Positions 44,396 through 54,238 of a stretch of 64,000 nt of DNA are shown here, piece by piece (positions within the stretch are counted from its first letter, which is position 1; each line of letters opens with the position of its first letter). This DNA comes from Giardia intestinalis (Eukaryota), in NCBI GenBank assembly GCA_000002435.2, contig CM018793.1; one strand, 5' to 3'. The position numbers and the translations under genes are program-made. The notes beneath the pieces are model-generated. The model did not search any database. It saw nothing but the letters and a program-made list of their open reading frames with translations, and had not been told where the DNA came from.

Positions 44396-44866
44396 TTACC
44401 GTAGTGAATTTAAGTTGCGCTGCTGAATTCTTAAGACCAAGAGAATATCTTTTGACATGAGGGTGACTCGGTTGGCGTGGTAGGTTGCTAGCAAAGCTGT
44501 GGAGAATAGTTCAACTATGTATTCCTCTGTTGCAGATTGGAGAGCCTCCATGGCCATCCCTTGGAAGCGGTATGGACCCTTGGATCCATCTCTTTGCGCA
44601 ATTTGTTCAACAAGCTCCTGGACCAGTCTGGCGAATGGGAGCTTCTGTATTAGTGTATCTACATTGTGCTGATAGTGATATATTTCTCGCTCCATGTGTG
44701 ACACTCGTGCGGGCCGTCGTGGGACAGAGGAGAAAGGATCAGAAGAAAGCTTGCTGCGAGATTGGCGTGCATTTACGACCACCCCAGGTATCATGTTCCG
44801 TCCTGAGATCTCTCGTCTACGATGCCCAGTGTTTCGTGCCACTTGTGACCGTGAGCCTCCGCTCAT
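44396..44866 (-). CDS. histone H3 variant with divergent N-terminal tail and extended loop 1 (CenH3-like)
   Basis: Histone-fold region 'REIYHYQHNVDTLIQKLPFARLVQELVEQIAQRDGSKGPYRFQGMAMEALQSATEEYIVELFSTALLATYHANRVTLMSKDILLVLRIQ' aligns over its full length with the canonical H3 fold ('[82 protein letters not shown]'). Loop 1 is ~3 residues longer (QRDGSKGPY). The 60-aa N-tail has none of the canonical ARTKQTARK/K27/K36 blocks. Confidence 0.8.
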   Translation of the reverse strand: MSGGSRSQVARNTGHRRREISGRNMIPGVVVNARQSRSKLSSDPFSSVPRRPARVSHMEREIYHYQHNVDTLIQKLPFARLVQELVEQIAQRDGSKGPYRFQGMAMEALQSATEEYIVELFSTALLATYHANRVTLMSKDILLVLRIQQRNLNSLR

Positions 44867-44919
44867 CTTCTGTTTTTTCTCGAATTGAAAATTTACTCTT
44901 CACGCGCAGCTAGATCTCT

Positions 44920-47445
44920 TTGTACATGTACTCCACTCCTATCCCCACCTTCGCTAACAAGCCTGGGACAGTTCCCAGGAAAAAGGACGGTGTGACCACA
45001 GGCCCCCGTGTGAAGCAAGCTCTCCCCCCTATTAACCAAGTCCACGACCCCGAAAAGAAGACTCAAACCTTTTCACGTTCAGCAATTAGTGCGCTCAGCG
45101 CTGCCTCCCAGGAGGTCTTCAGTGAATCGAGTCAGCACAGTCAGGTTTATGCGGCCGAGATGCGGAACATTAAAGAGCGCCTTGCTAACCGAGCTCAAGC
45201 AGATGACGACTCCATTCAGCTGGCCATTCGTGCAGCAGACAACGATACTAGAAAGGCACTGGAGGCAGCAGGCTTCTTTCGAGATGAAGCAGCCAGCGCA
45301 CGCCAGCAGAGTGAGATGCTTATGCAGCGCGTGTTGACGCTTGAGAAGGACAACGATGCATTATCTAAACGTCTTGATAAGAGTAGCAGCATGCTGAATT
45401 CAGTCGCACTCGAATTGTTCTCTGATATTTCTACTCAGACCATCGATAAAGACATGCTTCTTACTCAATATTCACGCATAAAGTCGCTTGTAGCAGATTG
45501 CAATCACATATCTTCGGAAATAGGTTTCCCATCAACGTCGGTTCCAGAAATCGTGGAGCTTCTTGATTCTCAAATGCTTCAGGGCATGAGTGGGAACACA
45601 CTTGTTCTTGAAGGAGTGCCGCGATCTATTCAGTCCATTGCCCTGTCATTGACTCTTGCTGAATGCCAAATCCTACGCTCTCTCAATTTCCTTCTCAAGC
45701 ACCTGATCTCAGAGAATCAAAAGGTGGCCGCTCAAGACAGTTCGAACGCACAAATGAGCACTGAGACGGCAGGAGCCAAACTGATTAAAAGTATCTCGAA
45801 GGAGATGCCTATAGGAGCGAGCCACCAAAGTGACCCAGCACTCGATGACATCATTCGGCAAGCGACACTATCTTCTCCACTAATGAGCTCAGAGCAGCTT
45901 CAGCATCCCAACGATGTCTTCCGCATAGAGTTCCAGGGATCCGGCGTTGCCGTCGCAAAGGCCCTTGTTGAGCTCCGACGAAGAACTGCGTCGTTTTTAC
46001 TCCGAGAGGCCAGGTTTGATCACGATCCACTTCTCAAGCGTGCTGCTACTGATAATACAACCTTGCGCACGTTGGTTGCAGCTTTGCAGAACGAACTGTA
46101 CTTTACCCGTCAAGCGCTTGAAATGGTCAAGGGATTGGGGCTCAGTTCTGATATCTTTCCCATTGAGAGCCAAGCTAGCACTGATAACTTAGCCCTTAAC
46201 GACGGTGGTCAGGATACTCAGTCCGGCTTGAGTAGTACTGGACGCAGCGACACTAGCGCTTCCACTCCGGTCCCTGGGACTCACCTCTCACTGCCAAACT
46301 TCTCTTCTACTGATATTATTAAGTTGGCGGAGAACGCTTTAACCAGCGCTGTGGACCTTGAGCTCTTGCCATCGGAGCTGACCAAGAAGTTAGAGGATAT
46401 AGTGGAAAACGCACTAGCCACGTCTGATGATGTAGATAAGGCCAAGGAGACTCAGCAATACAGTTCTGAGGAAAGGGTTTCGGTAACAGAGATTCAGAGA
46501 CTTATTATGCTTCGTGAAAAGGCACTACAGCATATAGACACTGCAGCCCAAGAGTTTATCGACCAACTGGCCACTTCTGATGTAATGTCCGCCATTGCAA
46601 CTATAGAAGAGGGCTCATCTGAAATGCAGGGTATTTTTGGTGTAGCTACATATGATGAGCCTTCTTCCCTTCTATCCTTTGCTAAAGATGCAAACGAAAG
46701 TCAAGCCAAATTGTTAGCACGCTTTTCAAAGGAGCAGGACAATTTCATTGGCGACATCAGACAAATAAGTATTAATATTGGCGAAGGCCATACTGAGAAA
46801 TACAATAGAGATGGATCGGGCTTTCTAGATGTCCTCTATAGACACGCCACTCTCTTGGAGCACACTTTAGAATTGCATAAAATAGTCGTTGCACGTAACA
46901 TGGCGTTAGTCAGGCTTCAGGCCATCATCCTTTGTCTTCAGAAGAATAATGAGAAGAACATTCGAGAAGTAGCCTATCTGGCCGCTGTTCGCAACGGTAT
47001 TTTAAAGGGCTATGTAGAACAATCTCGAAAAATGGCTGTTCTGCGCCAGGAAAATGATTATTTCAGGCTCCAAATTGCCCGATCGTCCTCTCGGGATATC
47101 AATTCACAGGAAAAGAGAAAACATGACGCCCTCTCAGCGGCCATAACTGATGCAGCCATAACTGGCGATCCTCAGTACTGTTCTTCCCTGGCCAGCTGTG
47201 TCGAGTCCTTAACGCAGAGCTATCGAACAAAGATTGCAGAATGCAAAGCAGAAATGTGTGCATTTGGAAATACACTTACTGCTACCTCAGACAAGATCAT
47301 GCAAATCCTGGAAGAGTATCGCTTGCTGATAGAAACAAGGGCCTGCAAACTAGTCCAAACGGACAGGAAGAGACGTACCTTCGACACAGCAGTCGCCACC
47401 GAGGATCCAGAGGCAGCCCCTGCTGCAGTGCCGAAGAAGAAGTGA
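44920..47445 (+). CDS. coiled-coil protein (841 aa)
   Basis: Divergent from the H3-variant gene (53-bp gap). Extended heptad regions (MRNIKERLANRAQADDDSIQLAIRAADNDTRKALEAAG..., LQNELYFTRQALEMVKG..., LRQENDYFRLQIARSS...). Confidence 0.5.
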   Translation: MYMYSTPIPTFANKPGTVPRKKDGVTTGPRVKQALPPINQVHDPEKKTQTFSRSAISALSAASQEVFSESSQHSQVYAAEMRNIKERLANRAQADDDSIQLAIRAADNDTRKALEAAGFFRDEAASARQQSEMLMQRVLTLEKDNDALSKRLDKSSSMLNSVALELFSDISTQTIDKDMLLTQYSRIKSLVADCNHISSEIGFPSTSVPEIVELLDSQMLQGMSGNTLVLEGVPRSIQSIALSLTLAECQILRSLNFLLKHLISENQKVAAQDSSNAQMSTETAGAKLIKSISKEMPIGASHQSDPALDDIIRQATLSSPLMSSEQLQHPNDVFRIEFQGSGVAVAKALVELRRRTASFLLREARFDHDPLLKRAATDNTTLRTLVAALQNELYFTRQALEMVKGLGLSSDIFPIESQASTDNLALNDGGQDTQSGLSSTGRSDTSASTPVPGTHLSLPNFSSTDIIKLAENALTSAVDLELLPSELTKKLEDIVENALATSDDVDKAKETQQYSSEERVSVTEIQRLIMLREKALQHIDTAAQEFIDQLATSDVMSAIATIEEGSSEMQGIFGVATYDEPSSLLSFAKDANESQAKLLARFSKEQDNFIGDIRQISINIGEGHTEKYNRDGSGFLDVLYRHATLLEHTLELHKIVVARNMALVRLQAIILCLQKNNEKNIREVAYLAAVRNGILKGYVEQSRKMAVLRQENDYFRLQIARSSSRDINSQEKRKHDALSAAITDAAITGDPQYCSSLASCVESLTQSYRTKIAECKAEMCAFGNTLTATSDKIMQILEEYRLLIETRACKLVQTDRKRRTFDTAVATEDPEAAPAAVPKKK

Positions 47446-47457
47446 ACTTAAAGCGGT

Positions 47458-48429
47458 CTATTCCAAGCAATCAACTGCAAAGGTGCCACGTCCAAGAATC
47501 GGTCCAAGAGCATGGGCAGTCTGCTTCTGAGCATCCAGGGAGTACAGAAGCTCTGCAAAATCTGCCTTATTTCCCTGGGTTAAGTTCATGGTGATGCCAC
47601 CGTTCAGGACCAGAACAACTTTACCGGACCGGTAGCGCAAGAGCCTCCCTATCTTTCCTTCTCCAAAAGTAGTAATAGGACTTTTATTTTGCACCGTGGG
47701 TACATCAGATTGTTGGGAGGATACAGTGTCAGTAGAGCCACCCGGCGGCACCATTGCACCGTCTTTCTGTAGGTAACTAGCAAGTGATCGGCCGTCGCCA
47801 TGCGATCCAGTGGCGAGGATAGATGAGATAGGGCCGGGAGCAGACTGGGACCGTGCCCGGGCGGCACTCTGAGTGCGTGTCATCTTTGCGACGGGCAAAT
47901 GAGCAGGAAACTGAAACACCGTCAAATGATCCGAAAGTAGGACACGTTCTCCCGAGCGACTGACAACAGGCATATCAAATACCTCGTCAGTCGGCCGCGG
48001 AATGTTGAGCTTTGCTTTGAAGACGCCAGAGTAGATAGATTCCTTGGCGACCAACGAGAGTGTTCTATCTCCATCTGCGTGGGGAACAATAAAGGGGAGT
48101 GAGGTGGGGTAGTTTCCTTTGATCTTGGCTGCCTCCATCACCTGGTAGTCCGGAGAATATGCACCGAGACCCTGTCGAGGCCCCTCATTGCTATATATGC
48201 TAGAAGTCCGTGCTCCCAGATTAGCAATTCTAAAGTCGTCCTCCTTGTTCGCGCCCTTTCGAACCTGTCCTCCCTCTCTTTTAGGGTTCAGCCCATCGGC
48301 CAGAAGAGTCAAATTTGTCGTTGAGCGCTTGACAGACTTAGGCCGATACACCTGTGCAGAGGACTTTTGCTGCTGCTGCTGCTGCTGCTGAAGCTTAAAG
48401 CTAGCAGAGTATGGGTTGGAAATACTCAT
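47458..48429 (-). CDS. RNA polymerase III subunit RPC4/Rpc53-like protein
   Basis: The C-terminal block 'GEGKIGRLLRYRSGKVVLVLNGGITMNLTQGNKADFAELLYSLD' matches the RPC4 family signature (G-KIGkL-v-+SGKv-L-LG...-F-Q-L). The N-terminus carries a poly-Gln run from a CAG repeat and basic low complexity. Confidence 0.5.
   Translation of the reverse strand: MSISNPYSASFKLQQQQQQQQKSSAQVYRPKSVKRSTTNLTLLADGLNPKREGGQVRKGANKEDDFRIANLGARTSSIYSNEGPRQGLGAYSPDYQVMEAAKIKGNYPTSLPFIVPHADGDRTLSLVAKESIYSGVFKAKLNIPRPTDEVFDMPVVSRSGERVLLSDHLTVFQFPAHLPVAKMTRTQSAARARSQSAPGPISSILATGSHGDGRSLASYLQKDGAMVPPGGSTDTVSSQQSDVPTVQNKSPITTFGEGKIGRLLRYRSGKVVLVLNGGITMNLTQGNKADFAELLYSLDAQKQTAHALGPILGRGTFAVDCLE
48368..48390. repeat. 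(CTG/CAG)7-8 trinucleotide microsatellite (encodes QQQQQQQQ in the RPC4-like gene)
   Basis: The plus strand reads tgctgctgctgctgctgctgctg. This is the only perfect trinucleotide run of this length I noticed in the window. Coordinates are approximate to within 2 nt. Confidence 0.85.
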
Positions 48430-48447
48430 AGATTTATTAAGACAGGA

Positions 48448-51400
48448 TCAAAGCAAAAGCAAGCGAACGAGCCACGCCATGAGTCCGACAAGAAGGATGA
48501 GCCCCCAGAGCCTCTTACTGGCTAGTACTCTGAACGTAAGAGTAAACCCTTGCTCAAGGCGACGTTCCAATCGGGGGCTTTTGTGCACTAAATATAGGAC
48601 ATGGACTATTAGCGAAAGAAAGTAATTGATCCACATCGCCAGTGCATCTAAAGCAATGACCAAAACTGCAAATTCATCGGGCCGTACTGGCTGGATTATT
48701 GTGGACACATGCCCCGTTGACTCACGAACAGCTGCCAGCATACTGTGGCTCATATCCCCTTCTTTGTCTTCTAGAAGTCCAGAATTGACAAGGATCTTTG
48801 TTGCGCTGTTAGACATGCAGTATGCTGCATACTTCAAAGCATTGGATGATCCACTGATTTTCCTCAATCGCTTGTACTCCGGGCTGGAGACAATGTCCAT
48901 CGGCCGGTCCCTGGGCCCCCTATTAGCAACCCTCCGCGGTGATACCCCGTGCTTGGTTGACGAGATAACGCCTGCAAATCCCCTCGTCATATCTGCATAG
49001 AGTAGATTGTAAATATGTGAAATGCTATACACATTCTTCAGTATAGGAACCCCTCTCTGCCACCCAGCCAATCGTAGCAGAAGCCTTTCCCAAGGAAAGA
49101 CAGCAGACTGCAGTGAAAGAACACTGTTCATGGTAACATTGCTTGAGTGGTTTAATCGAGACAGATATGACTTCACCCTGCTGCTGTAGTGTGTGAACTG
49201 GTCCATGTATTCCTTGAAGAAAGCCCTGTCTTGGTCGTGTGGAAGATGCTCTTCCCCGCTGTGTGCCAGTGCCATATCCAGGAGTCCTATGTAGCCCGTG
49301 CATAACGGGTATGCTTTCTGTGCTGCTATGTCCGTGAGCATTCCAGCAGAGTCTATCGATAGATAGCAACGAGTGCCTTGTCGAGAATCAAACCGCAGAC
49401 CAGAAATCTTGTGCTGCTTGGACATAGCAAAGTATACATGGTGGATGTCCTCCAAAAGAGAGTGAGATGCTTCAGAAACAGACCTCTTGAAGTACTCAGT
49501 ACTGAGTAGACACTTTGTCGCTGGCGTAGGGTACAATTGCGAGGCTATAGTTGCAACGCGAGAACCTGCTGAACCCTTCTCAATCGCAGGTCTCCATAGC
49601 ACCGGCTCACATGCAGCGTATACCATAAGCGCCCTGGCACGCGCCGTAAAAAGCAGGGCATCAACCTCTATGTCCAGCGGTGTGATCTTCGAAGCAATAG
49701 TGCCAAGTGAAGACAGGATCGGTTCTACAAATGAATGGGAAAGCCAGCGGGTCACAGAGCTTAAGGCAGCCAAATGCTGAATAGGTTTGCAATAATTCTG
49801 ACAGTATAAGCTTCTTAAGTTAAACAACGATAGAGGTGACCCATAACGCAGCGCTCCTTTATCTATTAGGCTGGTAGTCTCTGAGAGAATCTTGATGTGG
49901 ACTGAGGCCACATGGCGGAGCCACTCAACAAGAAGTGTGGTGTAAAAGGGTGCCCGGATTGCTATGGCTGCTCTGAGTCTCCGTTCGTCTTCTATGGACA
50001 AGCGCAACTCTGCAGACTCATCGGTTAAATATGTTTCAGTATCAGAAGACAGCTTGGAAGGGTCCAAGCAGAGAAGCTCCCCGTATATTCGCGACATTAA
50101 TAAGTATAGGTAAACCTTATTAACTACTGGCTCTCCTTGGAATAGCGAGCGAAGGAAGGAGAAGAATATAGGGAGAACACGTGTCTCAACGATTTCTGAG
50201 AAGGCCGGCGCATAGCGACGAAGGAAGCTCTTTCCTGTAGCAGCCTCTAGCTTATTGGACACCCCATTAGTTCTTACGAAATAGCTCAGAATTGCTTCAC
50301 TGCCATTGCGCATAACATACAGGTAGTTAGATTTTTGGAGCATGGCGTCGTCTGGTGTGTAAATAGACTTGCGGCCCCCGGCTACCAGGGAGGGATCAAC
50401 AGTATGTGAGGGAGGACACTCTGCTTGCCAATCAGCAAGGATTGCATGCCTTGTCGATTCCATGATATTGCTAATTGTGTTTAGAGCCCCGTAGTTGAGA
50501 GATGCGGCAGGAGAGACAACATAGCGAGCGAACATATATGCAAGGTCAAGTATGTTTGTGAGGAAGCAAGGCCTATCGGTGACAGGTCTCACAGTGCAGT
50601 CGTAAGCCAGGGTACGGTAGTGGCTGGACCCCAAAGCACGGGTATGAAGGGCCCGCTCCTCCGCTGTTGCATCTGGGGAAACCTCCCTAGTCTGGCAGAA
50701 ATCCTTTAGGGCCTCTAGTGGCACGGAGATCTGCTCAGCCGTACTGATGGGGATGTTTCGAGCAAACCAACAATCGCATGCCAGAGAGATGAATAGGTCG
50801 CCGACTGTTCGTGGAAACGTAGATACTGAAAAGGGTGAAAAGGAGATTGTACAGGAGCGTTGCATTGAGACATCATCTGCCCGCTGGACGTCTTCCATCG
50901 CAAGAGGTTTGTACAGAATACTGTCCTGCTTGCGGAGTGCCTGCAAGTATTCGAGAATAAGCTTGTTGTATGGTGTTGTCCTTATCTTGTCCGTAGCATT
51001 GTCTTCCTTGGAGCTCACTCTGCAGTTGATACCTGCCGAGCAAATCGTAACTATTGCATACTCTAAGGTGTTCAAGACAATGTCTCCATCAGACGACTTA
51101 GTCATTTTATAGTGATAATAGCGTGGTAGCAGGATAGAATTTATATCGACAAGCTCTGCATAGAGCTGTGATATGGCGCTTAAGGGAACCTTGTATGAGG
51201 TAATGGACCGCAGAGACCGTGTGTAGACTGCTTTGATGAATGGTCCATATGGCCCAAAAAAGAATACTGCGCTTCGTTCCAGTGCTGCCGGACAAGAAGT
51301 GACCAAAAACAAAGAGCCTTGCTTGACAAAGAACTGTTGTAGTAGAGACTGTATTAGAGTGTCGCAGGCTGCACTCGATACAAAGGAATCGCTAGAAAGG

Positions 51401-51456
51401 TGCTCACTCGCTGTGTATAGTTGATTAATCAGCTTGTGCACCATGGAGCGACTCAT
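48448..51456 (-). CDS. hypothetical protein (1002 aa) with C-terminal hydrophobic helices
   Basis: Long clean ORF, 18 bp downstream of the RPC4-like start. The C-terminal ~90 aa contain two or three TM-like helices: 'FAVLVIALDALAMWINYFLSLIVHVLYLV' and 'LWGLILLVGLMAWLVRLLLL'. Confidence 0.5.
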   Translation of the reverse strand: MSRSMVHKLINQLYTASEHLSSDSFVSSAACDTLIQSLLQQFFVKQGSLFLVTSCPAALERSAVFFFGPYGPFIKAVYTRSLRSITSYKVPLSAISQLYAELVDINSILLPRYYHYKMTKSSDGDIVLNTLEYAIVTICSAGINCRVSSKEDNATDKIRTTPYNKLILEYLQALRKQDSILYKPLAMEDVQRADDVSMQRSCTISFSPFSVSTFPRTVGDLFISLACDCWFARNIPISTAEQISVPLEALKDFCQTREVSPDATAEERALHTRALGSSHYRTLAYDCTVRPVTDRPCFLTNILDLAYMFARYVVSPAASLNYGALNTISNIMESTRHAILADWQAECPPSHTVDPSLVAGGRKSIYTPDDAMLQKSNYLYVMRNGSEAILSYFVRTNGVSNKLEAATGKSFLRRYAPAFSEIVETRVLPIFFSFLRSLFQGEPVVNKVYLYLLMSRIYGELLCLDPSKLSSDTETYLTDESAELRLSIEDERRLRAAIAIRAPFYTTLLVEWLRHVASVHIKILSETTSLIDKGALRYGSPLSLFNLRSLYCQNYCKPIQHLAALSSVTRWLSHSFVEPILSSLGTIASKITPLDIEVDALLFTARARALMVYAACEPVLWRPAIEKGSAGSRVATIASQLYPTPATKCLLSTEYFKRSVSEASHSLLEDIHHVYFAMSKQHKISGLRFDSRQGTRCYLSIDSAGMLTDIAAQKAYPLCTGYIGLLDMALAHSGEEHLPHDQDRAFFKEYMDQFTHYSSRVKSYLSRLNHSSNVTMNSVLSLQSAVFPWERLLLRLAGWQRGVPILKNVYSISHIYNLLYADMTRGFAGVISSTKHGVSPRRVANRGPRDRPMDIVSSPEYKRLRKISGSSNALKYAAYCMSNSATKILVNSGLLEDKEGDMSHSMLAAVRESTGHVSTIIQPVRPDEFAVLVIALDALAMWINYFLSLIVHVLYLVHKSPRLERRLEQGFTLTFRVLASKRLWGLILLVGLMAWLVRLLLL

Positions 51457-51625
51457 TTCAATTTTTAGAGTCTCCCGTCACGGCGTATCCCAAGAGCCAA
51501 CGCAGTTTTAAATACGTTGTATCCCAACCTTAATAACAAGACATCGTCTTTTACACATGTCAATGGACCGCTATAGCGTCAAAGATCGCTGCTAAAGCCA
51601 ACGGAATTTAAAATTTACATCTTAG

Positions 51626-52717
<1,092 letters not shown>

Positions 52718-52745
52718 ACCATCTCACGTTGCCAGCCACAGCCGC

Positions 52746-53231
52746 TTAGTAGTACATATCACTAGAACTAGACTCCACAAGTATGCACTGGCGGTGGTTA
52801 CTGCTAGGGGGTCGCCGGTCTGCATTCTGTTCAGTCTGGACTGACACGGAGGCTTTAAACTCTTCTGGCCAATCTCCCCTTTCAACCAGCTGGAAAATAT
52901 TTTTCTCTGTCAGCACGGCGTCGATGACAGCCAGTATATCCTCGATCTTCTCTATGTTAGGGCGAGCCCCGTCCGGTCCTGATTCAGACCCAAGCTCAAG
53001 TCCAAGCTCTACACGGGTATACGGAAGTGTTGCAAGACAGAATTTATGCTTTCCGAAGAACACCCGATCGTTGAACTTGCAGGGTAGTTGAGCCTTGAGC
53101 CGTTGTTGGCAGCCAGGAACCTTCAGTGCAAACAGCGACGAACCCAAAGGCTGAACATTCTGGCCTATCACCTGATAGCTCGACAGGTAGGGCACCTCAT
53201 CAAGAAGAAGATTGCTGGCATCGCGCGACAT
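52746..53231 (-). CDS. hypothetical protein (161 aa)
   Basis: Clean ORF between FEN1 (28-bp tail-to-tail gap) and the kinase gene (81-bp divergent gap). No motif I can name. Confidence 0.4.
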   Translation of the reverse strand: MSRDASNLLLDEVPYLSSYQVIGQNVQPLGSSLFALKVPGCQQRLKAQLPCKFNDRVFFGKHKFCLATLPYTRVELGLELGSESGPDGARPNIEKIEDILAVIDAVLTEKNIFQLVERGDWPEEFKASVSVQTEQNADRRPPSSNHRQCILVESSSSDMYY

Positions 53232-53312
53232 AAACGCAAATAGGATTTTTTCCTTTAAAAATAGTTTGGCACTTTTATTGAAACCAAACAGCCAATCAGA
53301 CAGACGCTCAGA

Positions 53313-54206
53313 ATGGATTGCTATGAAAGGGTCTCCGTCATCGGCAAAGGCCCTCTGGGATTAACCTACAAGATGAGAAATAAGGGAACAAATGAACTTG
53401 TGGCTTGTAGAATTATCGACCGAGTTGACGAGCCATCAGGCCAGGTCCGGACCATTCTCGAGGAGACGATAGTCTTTGCTCCCCTAGCCCATCCGCATAT
53501 TGCTGGCTGTCTGAGCCTCCACCACGATCGAGCAAAAGATATGTTCTACTTTGTCCAGGAATACTTTCCATGCACACTGCACGATCTTTTGATAAAGCAC
53601 CAACACTCGGGGACGTACTTTAGCGAAGACGCCATCTGGGAGGTTCTTACACAAATGCTGTTAGCACTCACATTTCTACACAGCTCTGAGGGGAAGTCTG
53701 TCAAGAACTGCAACTATGAGCCTCTCATTGTTCACCGGCTGATCCATAGCAATCTCAAGCCATCAAATGTAATGATAACACCTGATGGACGAATCAAGCT
53801 CGTGGATAACCGCATTCGACAGCCCATCCGTGCGTATCTTGAGAGATGCGGAGACATGTCTCTCCACTACTATACGGCTCCGGAGCTTTACGACTCTGAG
53901 GATAAGTGGACCGAGGCAATTGACGTCTGGTCTGTCGGGTGTATCGCTTACCACATGGCTGCTCTCAAGCCGCCGTTTCAAGCTGCCATGTTGGATCAAG
54001 TACTTGCCCAGCAGCGCGCCGGCACTTGTGCCTCAATCCCTTCGCACTACTCCTGTGATCTTCAGAAGCTTATATCTTCTATGTTGACTGTGGATTGTGC
54101 CAGCAGACCGTCCATCTCGAGCCTCTCTTCTCATCCACATATTCACCTCACCATGGACCGACTTTCTAGTTCCTCACGGACAAGCCTTGCAGTGTTGCTC
54201 ACATAG
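53313..54206 (+). CDS. NEK-like protein-kinase fold, predicted catalytically inactive (pseudokinase)
   Basis: The kinase subdomains are recognisable. Gly loop 'IGKGPLGLTY', subdomain III Glu 'ILEET', and 'TAPELY' (APE) are present. But the VAIK lysine is replaced ('LVACRII', K to R). The catalytic loop is 'HRLIHSNLKPSN' instead of HRDLKPEN, so the Asp is lost. DFG is 'DNR'. The first residues (MDCYERVSVIGKG) resemble NEK family starts. Confidence 0.7.
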   Translation: MDCYERVSVIGKGPLGLTYKMRNKGTNELVACRIIDRVDEPSGQVRTILEETIVFAPLAHPHIAGCLSLHHDRAKDMFYFVQEYFPCTLHDLLIKHQHSGTYFSEDAIWEVLTQMLLALTFLHSSEGKSVKNCNYEPLIVHRLIHSNLKPSNVMITPDGRIKLVDNRIRQPIRAYLERCGDMSLHYYTAPELYDSEDKWTEAIDVWSVGCIAYHMAALKPPFQAAMLDQVLAQQRAGTCASIPSHYSCDLQKLISSMLTVDCASRPSISSLSSHPHIHLTMDRLSSSSRTSLAVLLT

Positions 54207-54231
54207 TCCAAAAGAGCACACATTCTCGTCC

Positions 54232-54238
54232 GTTTACT
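54232..54238 (-). promoter_or_regulatory. AGTAAAC putative polyadenylation signal overlapping the stop codon of the importin-like gene
   Basis: The plus strand reads gtttact at 54232-54238. On the minus strand this is AGTAAAC, with the gene's TAA stop (54234-54236) inside the motif. This arrangement is described for Giardia mRNAs. Confidence 0.45.
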
